NCBI GenBank assembly: GCA_035516175.1
Contig: DATJAO010000008.1
Span: 1,604 to 65,603, forward strand
Direction of reading: 5' to 3'
From: Nitrospirota bacterium
GTDB taxonomy: Bacteria; Nitrospirota; UBA9217
DNA length: 64,000 bases
Shown: in pieces, positions 36,771-45,924 of the stretch
Layout of the letters: each line of letters begins with the position of its first letter
Position numbering within the stretch: position 1 is the stretch's first letter
Notes under the pieces: generated by a model
What the model saw: only the letters and a program-made list of their open reading frames with translations
Told to the model about the DNA's origin: nothing
Databases searched by the model: none
Translations under genes and position numbers: made by a program

Positions 36771-37739
36771 CTATAGCCACAGGTCACGTAGGGCACTCGT
36801 ATATCCAGTTGAAAACCGGTTGTACCGAAATAGCAAGAATTCCCTGCCTACCGGTATGACTCTGAGCATCCGCTGACGGGGCAGATTGGCCCTGAACAGC
36901 ATGTGCCGGATCTTATGCCTGATCAAATGCACAAGTGTATCATTCCCGCCGACCCTGGCTATGATATGCCGATAGGCGACATCATATTTCTCCGCCCAAA
37001 CGTTGAACACGTCAAACCCGAAACGCCTTGCACCGTCTGCTAATACCCGGAATGTCTTTTCTCTTGCTCCCACTTGATTGTGTTGATGTTGCCGGTAAAG
37101 CAGCAAAGGATCTTCAATCAGGCCCACACGCGCGACAGCGGAGACAATCAGGGCTAGCCACTCGTCATGGAGCCAGGAATCCGGAAAAGGGAGCAGCAAG
37201 TCGAGGTATCTCCTAGAAAACGCCATCGTCGCCCCGGTAACGACATTGTTCTTGAGGATGACCCTGAAACCGTCGCCACGGCGAACCCTGCGCTGCAAAT
37301 CGCCGGTAAACCGCACTTGCTGCCAAAGCCTGAAATCCAGAGGCCGCTTCTTCGCATCAACTACTTCTGCATCGCTGAAAACCAGCCCCAATGGCGGATT
37401 CCAAACGAATTCCTTTTCGATAGATGCGAGCTTATGGCAAAGCCAGACATCATCCTGGTCCGAACATACGATAATATCGCCGGAACAGTTCATAAACGCC
37501 TTTTCAAAGTTCTTGGTGATCCCCAGGTTCTCCTCATTAATGATCAGCTTCACGGGGAAACCGGCTGCTTTCGCAAATTCACGAACTAATTGGACGGAAC
37601 CATCCTCGGAACCATCGTCCACGACAACCAGTTCGTCGGGCCGGCGACCCTGCCGGGCAATGCTTTCAAGCTGCTCGCCGAGGAACGCCTCGCCATTATA
37701 ACTACACAGGGCAACGCTGATCTTTAATGGCTGCGCCAC
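36771..37739 (-). CDS. GT2-family glycosyltransferase
   Basis: ISVALCSYNGEAFLGEQLESI, VVVDDGSEDGS and CSDQDDVW (DxD region). Confidence 0.85.
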   Translation of the reverse strand: MAQPLKISVALCSYNGEAFLGEQLESIARQGRRPDELVVVDDGSEDGSVQLVREFAKAAGFPVKLIINEENLGITKNFEKAFMNCSGDIIVCSDQDDVWLCHKLASIEKEFVWNPPLGLVFSDAEVVDAKKRPLDFRLWQQVRFTGDLQRRVRRGDGFRVILKNNVVTGATMAFSRRYLDLLLPFPDSWLHDEWLALIVSAVARVGLIEDPLLLYRQHQHNQVGAREKTFRVLADGARRFGFDVFNVWAEKYDVAYRHIIARVGGNDTLVHLIRHKIRHMLFRANLPRQRMLRVIPVGREFLLFRYNRFSTGYTSALRDLWL

Positions 37740-37885
37740 ATACCCCCCTCTGAATCAGCCAAACCTTTCCTCAACCGGCCTTTTTGCAAGATTGCCGTGC
37801 GCAAGACAGCCCGCAGCACCAACCATAACGGAAGAAAGAGTGTGTCAGATATAAGCCTAGCAGGGAAACGCTCATTCGAAATGCT

Positions 37886-39181
37886 TTACGCCCTGTAACA
37901 GAGTCCGTTATTTCCGCTGACCAGATTGCGCGAATCAACGATCGGAATGCCGAATGAGAGCAGATCCAGTGATCGGTATTCGTCATGCGCCGTTGCAATC
38001 AGCAACAGGTCGTAATCACCCGTAATAGGCATGGAACGGCGCCCGGCGAATCTGGCATGTTCACGCGTTTTGTGTATAACAGGAATGAAGGGATCATGGT
38101 AATCGACAATGGCACCCACCTCTTCCAGCTTTTCCATAAGTCGATACGAGGGTGATTCCCGGTCGTCGTCCACGTTGGACTTGTAGGCCAAGCCGAGGAT
38201 CATGATACGAGAGCCCTTGACCGGTTTGCCTGCTTCGTTCAGAGCCATCATCACCTTGCCGATGACGTAGTCGGGCATTCCGGTATTGATTTCACCGGCC
38301 AATTCGATAAAGCGGGTATTGAAGTCGAATTCACGCGCTTTCCATGTCAGATAGAAGGGATCGATGGGGATGCAATGACCGCCGAGCCCCGGCCCGGGAT
38401 AAAAGGCCTGGAAACCGAACGGTTTCGTTTTTGCCGCTTCAATCACCTCCCAGATATCTATTCCCATCCGGTCAAAGAGGATTTTCAACTCGTTCACTAG
38501 GGCGATATTGACGGAACGGTAGATGTTCTCAAGAAGCTTAGCAGACTCGGCCACCCTGGTTGATGAGACAGGGACGGTCCTTTGTACGATACATTCATAT
38601 AGTTGCTTTGCCGCTTCGAGACACTTCTGAGTGTAGCCTCCCACCACCTTGGGGATATTCCGGACACTGAAGTTGCCGTTGTTATTCGGGTCCTCACGCT
38701 CAGGAGAAAAGGCAAGGTAAAAATCTTCTCCTGCCTTCAACCCCGTTGTTTCCAGGATGCCTCTGACAAGCTCGTCAGTCGTTCCCGGATAAGTCGTCGA
38801 TTCCAGGATGACCATCTGATTTTTTCGCAGGGTCTTGGAAATCGCTTTTACCGTTTCCACAACATAGGTCATATCCGGTTCACGATTTTTGTTCAGAGGC
38901 GTAGGAACCGTAATGAGAATACAGTCAACATCCTTCAAAAGCTGAAAATCCGATGAAGCGATAAATCGGCCTGATAAAGCATCCTGAAATCTCAAAAGGT
39001 CGATGTGATGGATATAGCTTTTCCCCTGATTTAACGATTCGATCTTGGCTTTATCGATATCGAAACCGGTCACGTTGAATCCGGCCTTGCAGAACTCAAT
39101 GACCAGAGGAAGTCCCACGTAACCTAGACCAATAATGCCGACACGGGCCTCCCTGCGATTAATTTTTTCTATGAGGCTCAT
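37886..39181 (-). CDS. Nucleotide-sugar 6-dehydrogenase (UDP-GlcNAc/UDP-ManNAc dehydrogenase-like, WbpA/TviB/WecC class)
   Basis: Rossmann VGIIGLGYVGLPL and catalytic-Cys motif GGHCIPIDP. 431 aa. Confidence 0.9.
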   Translation of the reverse strand: MSLIEKINRREARVGIIGLGYVGLPLVIEFCKAGFNVTGFDIDKAKIESLNQGKSYIHHIDLLRFQDALSGRFIASSDFQLLKDVDCILITVPTPLNKNREPDMTYVVETVKAISKTLRKNQMVILESTTYPGTTDELVRGILETTGLKAGEDFYLAFSPEREDPNNNGNFSVRNIPKVVGGYTQKCLEAAKQLYECIVQRTVPVSSTRVAESAKLLENIYRSVNIALVNELKILFDRMGIDIWEVIEAAKTKPFGFQAFYPGPGLGGHCIPIDPFYLTWKAREFDFNTRFIELAGEINTGMPDYVIGKVMMALNEAGKPVKGSRIMILGLAYKSNVDDDRESPSYRLMEKLEEVGAIVDYHDPFIPVIHKTREHARFAGRRSMPITGDYDLLLIATAHDEYRSLDLLSFGIPIVDSRNLVSGNNGLCYRA

Positions 39182-39259
39182 GTGTTTCCTCCCATGACAA
39201 ATTGCTTTTCTCTGAATCTATGAACGTATTCAAGAAAAAAAAGAAGAGTGGGAAAACTA

Positions 39260-39848
39260 TCATTTCTTTATGTATTCCGGGGCAATAAACATCCAGTCTG
39301 CCAGATCCATATCCCGGACCGCTGTCGGATTCCGTTCGTAACGGGTCGGATCATACGAGAATAACCAGGATTGCTCTGCTAAACCTTCTCGCAAATCATA
39401 TGTAACCTTCTCATTGATACGAAGAACTTACTATGATGGCTGTGGCAAGGCCCAGGTCATCCATTATTCTCTTTGCTTCCAATGCTTCAATATGCTTTTT
39501 TATAATAGGCTTTGTAATAGGCGAGCTGCCGTATTTTCAAGAGTTTTTTACTGACCTTAAAATCCGGGGTGAGGCGCGTAACAGCCAGCCAGACGCCATC
39601 TCATGGAATCCACCTAAGGCCGGAACAAGCAGGTATCGAGCATGCCCTTCACTCAACAGGTCTTCAACTTCTTTTTCCCTCGTCTGATTATCACCACTAG
39701 AAAGAAGCATGACCACATCCGATATAATAGGCCTGTCGGCGTAGACCAGGTAGCGAGGGGCATAATGAAGGAACAGCCTAACAAAAATTATTGATGCTGA
39801 GAATATCAGTACAAGCGATTTATTCTGTTCGGCATCCCTTTTCCTGAA
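39260..39848 (-). pseudogene. Decayed paralog of the DUF218 gene at 35934-36611
   Basis: Hand translation gives ...[41 protein letters not shown]...GHARYLLVPALGG...VKNS-TGA(39537-39539, in frame)-KYGSS...EALEAKRIMDDLGLATAIIVSSSYQ-stop. Homology then continues in other frames (MRRLHMICEKV, then ...YDPTRYE...DLADWMFIAPEYIKK-stop). No ATG/GTG/TTG start is present. It is colinear with the intact paralog (ARYLIVPA...LAAKRLMDDYGLKSAVFVSSEYHMRRIRLIAQRV). Confidence 0.65.
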
Positions 39849-40518
39849 TCACTCAACGGTAACGCTCTTCGCCAGATTACGCGCTGGTCCACATCGGTCC
39901 CCTTAAGGACCGCGATATGATAGGTGAGCTGCTGGAGTGGCACCGAGAGCACCAGCGGCAGAAGATCCTCGGGCACATGAGGTATCGCAATGCTCGCATC
40001 GGCCTTCCGGGTTATTTCATGGTCTCCCTCGGTGCAAATTACAATCACGCGACCGCCCCGTGGGATGACTTCCTCCATGTTGGAGACGACCTTGTCAAAA
40101 TGGCGGTCCCGTGGAGCCAGAACAACCACTGGCACATTTTCATCGATCAGTGCGGTCGGGCCGTGCTTCATCTCGCCGGCAGGATATCCCTCTGCGTGGA
40201 TATAGGACAGTTCCTTCAGCTTGAGCGCTCCTTCAAGCGCAATGGGATAACTCATGCCACGGCCCAGGTAGAGGAAATCCCGGGCGTGGTAAAAACGATG
40301 TGCAAGCTTTTCCACCTTCCGGTCGAGTTTGGTAGTCTCCTCCATGATAAGCGGAAGATGCGCGAGGGCATTGACCAGCTCCGCACGACCCTGGCCTCTT
40401 CGCCCTTGATGGTGCAGATACCAGCCGAGTCGTATGCCCGGTACTCCAGCTTTTTTAAACCCTCGAAGATGATCGGAGTGGCATCTTTGTTGCCGATATA
40501 TCCTACAATTCCGCACAT
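39849..40518 (-). pseudogene. glmS: Glutamine-fructose-6-phosphate aminotransferase remnant (internal deletion plus 3' frameshift)
   Basis: N-terminus [46 protein letters not shown] joins, out of frame near 40380, directly to the last ~180 aa of GlmS ([37 protein letters not shown]...[13 protein letters not shown]). Restoring one C near 39884 gives the canonical end [14 protein letters not shown]. About 670 bp remain, against about 1.8 kb for an intact glmS. Confidence 0.8.
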
Positions 40519-40521
40519 GGA

Positions 40522-41511
40522 TCAGGACGCCACCTTTTGCGTGATCTTCTGTTCCCATTTCCAGGCATCAGCAACGATCGACCGCAGGTCATTGTATCGG
40601 GGCCTCCATCCGAGCAGATGCCGGATATTGTCCGCCTTTGCAACAAGAACGGCCGGATCACCCGGGCGTCGCGGCGCCTCCCTGACAGGAAAATCAACTC
40701 TGGTGATGTCCTTCATGACCCGTATCACTTCCCTGACGCTGCTCCCATGGCCATAGCCCACATTCAGCACAACGGACTTGCCGCCGGACTCAAGGTAGGA
40801 TAGTGCGTCCGAATGTGCCGCTGCCAGGTCCTCTACATGGATATAGTCGCGTATCCCCGTCCCATCTGGTGTCTGATAGTCCGTACCGAAGATGGAAACC
40901 CCTTCCCTCATTCCGAGTGCTGTCTGGCAGCAGACCTTGATGAGGTGGGTTGCATCCGGTGTCCGTTGCCCCATGCGCATCAAAGGGTCCGCCCCGGCGA
41001 CATTGAAATAGCGAAGCGCGACGTAGGTCATGCCATGGGCAAAGGCGGTGTCACGCAGCATCCACTCGCTCATCAGCTTGGATGTGCCATAGGGGTTGAT
41101 CGGGATCGTTGCAGTGTCCTCGGATGCAACCCCCTGTTCCGGCATTCCATATACCGCAGCCGTACTAGAAAAGATAAAATATTCTACGGCAAACCTGCTG
41201 CAGAGTGTCAACAGGTTCAACGTATTGCGCGTATTGTTGCTGTAATACTTGAGCGGTTTCGCGACTGATTCAGGCGCCACAATGGAAGCGGCAAAGTGGA
41301 GAACGGCCTGAAAGCGGTGACGTTGGAAAACCGCCTCCGCTGCCGCATCATCGGCGAGATCGCCAACGACCAGTTCCACCCCGGGCACGACGGCATCGGC
41401 AGAACCCGTGGAAAGGTTGTCGTAGACCACTACGTCATGACCTTGCTCATGGAGCTGCCGGACAACGTGGCTGCCGATATAGCCCGCGCCGCCTGTTATT
41501 AATATCTTCAT
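40522..41511 (-). CDS. galE: UDP-glucose 4-epimerase
   Basis: [24 protein letters not shown] and [20 protein letters not shown]. The start is refined to the ATG at 41511; the ORF maximum is 41658. Confidence 0.9.
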   Translation of the reverse strand: MKILITGGAGYIGSHVVRQLHEQGHDVVVYDNLSTGSADAVVPGVELVVGDLADDAAAEAVFQRHRFQAVLHFAASIVAPESVAKPLKYYSNNTRNTLNLLTLCSRFAVEYFIFSSTAAVYGMPEQGVASEDTATIPINPYGTSKLMSEWMLRDTAFAHGMTYVALRYFNVAGADPLMRMGQRTPDATHLIKVCCQTALGMREGVSIFGTDYQTPDGTGIRDYIHVEDLAAAHSDALSYLESGGKSVVLNVGYGHGSSVREVIRVMKDITRVDFPVREAPRRPGDPAVLVAKADNIRHLLGWRPRYNDLRSIVADAWKWEQKITQKVAS

Positions 41512-41739
41512 CTGATTCTCCCTGACAGCTGATATGATTTTGAATGTTCGACGTTCTGCGCAGGAAATAGTGGGTGCGCCCAGTGATTCTCTCCTGGAGA
41601 GGACCGACAGCCGGGAAGCTTTTGGCAATGCTCCGCCCTCTCGGTCACAGGGCTTCAAAAAAAGACCGGGAAGGCAACGGGCAGATACCCTTGTTACGCC
41701 TGCGGATTGAGAGCGGTTCCGGAGACGGTCAGTCCGCCC

Positions 41740-42243
41740 TTACGCCGCCTCGACATCATCCGCGCTCATTTTGACTGCCACACTTCTCCCGAGCAGTTCC
41801 ATGCTCACGAGAAATACATGCTGATCTTGCTTCTGCTTCAACACTCCCCGAGCGCCCCGGAACACACCTTTCATCACCCGCACCGGCATCCCTTCCTGCA
41901 GATGAGGATAGATGTCGATTCTTTCCCCGCTTCCGAGAAGGATCTTCAGGGAGTCGATCTCTTCAGGCGCCACCGGTGTAGGATGTCCGGGAGCAAGCGA
42001 GATGAACATCACCGTACCCCTTGTTTTGATCACATTCTGGAATTCATCGGGTTCCGGGGCGATGGAGACGAAAAGATACCCGGGGAACAGAGGCACTTCC
42101 ACCTGCTTCTTCCGGTCATTCCATTGATTCAGCCGGGTTACGGAAGGAAGAAAGGTCTCTATACCCTTCCGCCGAAGTTCGCCGGAAACAACGAATTCGT
42201 GCCTCGATCTTACGTACAATGCATACCAGTTGGTCTGTGTCAT
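41740..42243 (-). CDS. NusG-paralog transcription antiterminator (RfaH/UpxY-like)
   Basis: NGN-domain start NWYALYVRSRHEFVV..L...GIETFLP and a C-terminal KOW GMPVRVMKGVFRGARGVLKQK. It sits at the head of the EPS genes, with a 228-nt leader downstream. Confidence 0.85.
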   Translation of the reverse strand: MTQTNWYALYVRSRHEFVVSGELRRKGIETFLPSVTRLNQWNDRKKQVEVPLFPGYLFVSIAPEPDEFQNVIKTRGTVMFISLAPGHPTPVAPEEIDSLKILLGSGERIDIYPHLQEGMPVRVMKGVFRGARGVLKQKQDQHVFLVSMELLGRSVAVKMSADDVEAA

Positions 42244-42303
42244 AGCGGATACCTTCCGTAACGGTCCGATGCTCTAGAGCGTCCGGCCCGGCTCCCGGTT
42301 GCG

Positions 42304-43317
42304 TCAGGGCCTCTTTGCGGCGCTCATCTCTTCGGTGAGAAGGACCTCCACCGATGCCTTCTCGCGCAGGGTCTTTGCGTACAGATCGGCATCCTGTTTT
42401 GCTTTTTCCTGGACCAAATGCTGACGGAGCTGTTCCTTGACGACGTCATAGGCCAGGATGGTCTCCGGCTTTCGGTCCACCATCTTGAACAGGTGGAACC
42501 CGTAACTTGTCTCGATGATATCACTTGTTTCCCCCGCTTTCAGTTTGAAGACGGCGTTCTCGAGCTGCGCATCCAGTTGCCCCCTCCTGATATATCCCAG
42601 GTCGCCGCCGTTCTTGCTGGTCGGGCCGTCGGACTGCTCCCGTGCCAGAGCCGCAAAATCCTGGCCTTTCTTCAGGTTCTTCAGGATCTGTTCGGCCTTT
42701 CTTCGCGCTTCCTGTTTCCGGACATCATCCCATTTGGGATCGGACTGGACCAGGATATGGCTGACCCGTGCCTGCAGCGGCTGCTTGAAGAGGCCAAGGT
42801 GGCTTTCGTAATAGCTGACCATCTCGGCGTCGGTCACAGTGACCTTAGCGACGAATTGTCGATCCACATACTGCTGCAGGGAGCTGTTCCTCTCCAGTTG
42901 CGACCGCAGCGCTTCCTCGGTCATGTTTCTCCGGCTCAGCTCATTCTTAAATTCAGCCTCGGTCGGGAACTGCTGTTTGAGCACCGAGATCTCTCTGGTG
43001 ACAGCACTCTCATCAGGCTTGATCCCTGCTTTGCGGCTATCCTGGTAAAGGAGCTCCCGCCGGATCATGCTTTCCAGCACTTCCGTCCGGATTGACGTGA
43101 CCTGGTTGCAGGTGAGCGGTCGTCCGGTACCCAGAAAGGTCTTCTGAATCAGGAAGACTTCCCCATCAAATTCCTTCCGCTCGATGGGAATGCCATTCAC
43201 AAGGGCGACTCGATCCGCGTTCGATTCCGCCTTCTTGGCTTCTCCCCAAACGGGCGAGGTCATGGTCATTCCTATGGCAAAGAGCACTGCGATCCGAAAA
43301 CTGATAATCTTGGTCAT
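42304..43317 (-). CDS. Periplasmic parvulin-type peptidyl-prolyl isomerase (SurA/EpsD-like)
   Basis: Signal peptide, a SurA-like N-terminal chaperone region, and a parvulin domain VSHILVQ...GGDLGYIRRGQL...SYGFHLFKMVDRK. Confidence 0.85.
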   Translation of the reverse strand: MTKIISFRIAVLFAIGMTMTSPVWGEAKKAESNADRVALVNGIPIERKEFDGEVFLIQKTFLGTGRPLTCNQVTSIRTEVLESMIRRELLYQDSRKAGIKPDESAVTREISVLKQQFPTEAEFKNELSRRNMTEEALRSQLERNSSLQQYVDRQFVAKVTVTDAEMVSYYESHLGLFKQPLQARVSHILVQSDPKWDDVRKQEARRKAEQILKNLKKGQDFAALAREQSDGPTSKNGGDLGYIRRGQLDAQLENAVFKLKAGETSDIIETSYGFHLFKMVDRKPETILAYDVVKEQLRQHLVQEKAKQDADLYAKTLREKASVEVLLTEEMSAAKRP

Positions 43318-43332
43318 GTTAAGGTGCCTCCA

Positions 43333-44001
43333 TCATTTTTGAGTAATCTTCTTCTGGTCGATCTCTTCCTGGTACTGGCTTGTCAGTTGCTCAAGTTCCA
43401 CCTTCCGTACCTGCGTTAACGGCTCCTTCTCGAGGAGTACCGCGCCAAGACCCTTGTCCTTGTATTTTTTGACGAGTTCCTCGGCGATTTGGGCAAGCTC
43501 GGCATTGTTCGAGGAGCAGGTGCTGAGATCTCTAGTCGTCCTTTTCAGGTCCGCCTGAAAGGCCTGCTTCTCACTAGCAGTCTTTTTCAATTCACGGTCC
43601 AGGTCCTTGCCGTTCCTAAGCGCTTCCTGAAGCTCCTGCTTTGTTTTGGCCGTCGTTTCATCGGCTGCTTTGATCCTCATGTCCAGTTTCTGCACCTGCA
43701 CGGTGAGCGTTCTTACCCGGCCGCTCAGGGTTCCTGTTTTCTTCTGCTCGTTCATCAGCGAATCCTGCAGTTTATTCGCATCATCCCGGCATTTCTGCTC
43801 GAGCGTAATGGTGGCCTCGGCCTTTTCCTCGGACATCTTCTTCTGGATAAATGCTATCTTCTTGTCCTTCTCCTTGATCTTGTCCTGGCAGATCTTTTGT
43901 TCCTTATTCACCTGCATCTGTCCGACACCCAGTCCTATGAGCAGCCCAGCCGCCATGGCGACCGCTGGAAGGATCAACTTTTGTATCGCTGATATTTTCA
44001 T
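43333..44001 (-). CDS. Membrane-anchored periplasmic coiled-coil protein, function unknown
   Basis: ATG at 44001. TM segment LILPAVAMAAGLLIGLGVG, then about 190 aa of heptad-like, K/E/Q-rich sequence. Confidence 0.6.
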   Translation of the reverse strand: MKISAIQKLILPAVAMAAGLLIGLGVGQMQVNKEQKICQDKIKEKDKKIAFIQKKMSEEKAEATITLEQKCRDDANKLQDSLMNEQKKTGTLSGRVRTLTVQVQKLDMRIKAADETTAKTKQELQEALRNGKDLDRELKKTASEKQAFQADLKRTTRDLSTCSSNNAELAQIAEELVKKYKDKGLGAVLLEKEPLTQVRKVELEQLTSQYQEEIDQKKITQK

Positions 44002-44064
44002 GTTTCCCCCAGTGTCATTCGAGATCAACGAGATCCCCGGAACCAGGAATGTATTTTGAAAACG

Positions 44065-45780
44065 TTAGAATCGCGCGTTGACGTCCACTTGCAACACGTC
44101 AATTGCCAGCGGCGGTCCGCTGATCTCGTTCGCAGTCAGCCATCGAGCCCTAAGCCAATAATTCTTTGCCAGACCGAGATCTGCACCCAGGATCCATCCC
44201 TTTGCATTGGTTCCGCCAAGATGAAAGTCGGGATCCGTAAATGCATCTACAACAGCGTCGGCACCCAAGCGCTTATACGAGGCATACATTCTCCACTGCT
44301 TTTTTTCCTGGATGGTCGGATAGCCCACGGTGATCCCGAACTGCTCGCCTATGACGTCCTTCACTGTGTTAGGGTTCCCTGTCCGCTCAATGACATCGTT
44401 CAAGATGAAGCCGATATTCTTAACATAATCCCCGTTGAACACAACATGAACAGGATCCCAGAACCCGATATCGAGGATCCCAGTCAAGTTCACCTCCTCG
44501 TATTCCGGAGCCAAAGCAAGCACAGTAACGTTCGGATCAGAGCTGATATTGAAGAGCGTGTTGCCCTTTTGTTGGAACAAAGGTGCCGTCCAGTTCGTAT
44601 CACCAGGGTTGGACGGAGAATTCGGAATACCCGTGATGTTCTTGTAGTCGTAGTAGGCCGCGCCGATCTTCACGGAGACGCCCTTCTTGTCCGTGCTTTC
44701 AAGGCCCGTTTGCCCTCCCAAGAGCCACTTGTTATGCGCACTGAAGTCATATTGCTGCAGGGGGAATGCTCCGGCGGTCAAAAAGGGAGCCCAGGATTCC
44801 GTCGCCGTGTTCTTCACTTTCACGACCAACCCTTCGAAGTTCAGATCTGGGGCCCATACCAGATCGGAAGACAGCCATGGATTGGGCATGCGACCTCCGT
44901 ACAGAGTGAGGGCCTTCCAAGGTTGCCACTTGATATAGGCAAGATCGAACACGACACTGCCCTTATTCATGTAATTGCCCATGGTGTTGTTTTCCGACAC
45001 AGGGTTCGACGTGGTCCCCGTGGACAATCGAATGACCACTTCCACATGATCATCCACTTGTGCCTCTGCCCCAAAACGCACCCTGTACTTGAAACGGGAC
45101 GTGTTGTTCTGCGTATTCATGAGCTGAGTCGGGTTGGAAGGCGATGCCAGCAGGGCGTTGTTCGAATCAAAACGGTCAGCTTCATACCGCAGCCGGATGT
45201 CGCCGCCGAAACGGAGCCGCTTGTCCTTTTCCTTCAAGGCCCAGTTCACTTTCCAAATCTCCCGGTACAGTTCATCCATGACATCCTGTCTCACTTCCTC
45301 CTCAACCTTCTTGCGGACATCCTCAGTCACTTGAGCGGTTATCTGCTCAATTAACTCTCTCTCATGGGCCTTCTGGGCAGCGTGTGCCTCCTCAGTGTCG
45401 GTAGTCCCTGTCCGTTTGGTGCTCAGTACTGAAGACTGAACAGGCGCGGATGTGACTACCTCGGGCTGATGTGCCTCCTGAGCTGCGGCCGTCCCCTTCC
45501 CTCCGGTGTTCGGGGCCGCCGCCTGCGAGGGAGATGGTGCAGCCTTATCAGGTTTCTTCGCAGCCGTCTCCTTCGCCCGATCGACGGGTTCTGTTCGTGA
45601 CTGCAGGGGCGTCATGGCAACGTCGCTCTGGGACGGCGTGCTCTCGTGCCTGATCGTCACCGGCTTGGGACGTGCGCAGCCGATAGTTACAAGCAGCAAG
45701 AGTGCCGCAATGCCGCAGGTGATATGTTTTCCCATCCCCGCCAGGAATGTTGATACCAGAAGCCGAGCAATCTCTCTCAT
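44065..45780 (-). CDS. Lipidated outer-membrane porin-like beta-barrel with a long low-complexity linker and a coiled-coil segment
   Basis: Lipobox LLLLVTIGCA. About 130 aa of P/A/T/S/Q-rich linker. Helical ELIEQITAQVTEDVRKKVEEEVRQDVMDELYREIW. Then a beta-barrel-like region starting RFGGDIRLRYE and ending ...VDVNARF (C-terminal F). The start is ambiguous (45804, 45780 or 45735). Confidence 0.65.
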   Translation of the reverse strand: MREIARLLVSTFLAGMGKHITCGIAALLLLVTIGCARPKPVTIRHESTPSQSDVAMTPLQSRTEPVDRAKETAAKKPDKAAPSPSQAAAPNTGGKGTAAAQEAHQPEVVTSAPVQSSVLSTKRTGTTDTEEAHAAQKAHERELIEQITAQVTEDVRKKVEEEVRQDVMDELYREIWKVNWALKEKDKRLRFGGDIRLRYEADRFDSNNALLASPSNPTQLMNTQNNTSRFKYRVRFGAEAQVDDHVEVVIRLSTGTTSNPVSENNTMGNYMNKGSVVFDLAYIKWQPWKALTLYGGRMPNPWLSSDLVWAPDLNFEGLVVKVKNTATESWAPFLTAGAFPLQQYDFSAHNKWLLGGQTGLESTDKKGVSVKIGAAYYDYKNITGIPNSPSNPGDTNWTAPLFQQKGNTLFNISSDPNVTVLALAPEYEEVNLTGILDIGFWDPVHVVFNGDYVKNIGFILNDVIERTGNPNTVKDVIGEQFGITVGYPTIQEKKQWRMYASYKRLGADAVVDAFTDPDFHLGGTNAKGWILGADLGLAKNYWLRARWLTANEISGPPLAIDVLQVDVNARF

Positions 45781-45924
45781 ATATGTATTCCGGATTCCTC
45801 TCATATGATTGTGTGTGAACCGTTCATTACAATAACGGCAGTTGTTTATTTTTCTTCCGTCATTATCCGCATTGCTTCGATTCTATCCATCTCAAGACGC
45901 TCTTCTGGTTCCCTGCCGGCTGCA

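Noticed and set aside
39800-40560. Tn7-like insertion at the glmS 3' end (attTn7 logic)
   Set aside because: No transposase (TnsABCD-like) genes or terminal repeats follow the glmS remnant. What follows is a DUF218 pseudogene and ordinary sugar-nucleotide genes.
41640-41690. U7 tract downstream of the nusG-like gene, considered as a canonical intrinsic terminator
   Set aside because: The upstream sequence offers only 3-bp pairings (GGG/CCC, CCG/CGG) and no stable GC-rich stem. It is kept only as a possible weak pause or attenuation site in the leader finding.
44056-45354. 432-aa plus-strand ORF, and similar long plus-strand ORFs at 27980-28798, 14413-15264, 39917-40756, 8475-9026, 42418-43095 and 60463-60972
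   Set aside because: All lie antisense to minus-strand genes that have clear family motifs. Their products are low-complexity (R/L/P/G/H-rich) with no recognisable domains. They are typical shadow ORFs of GC-biased coding sequence.
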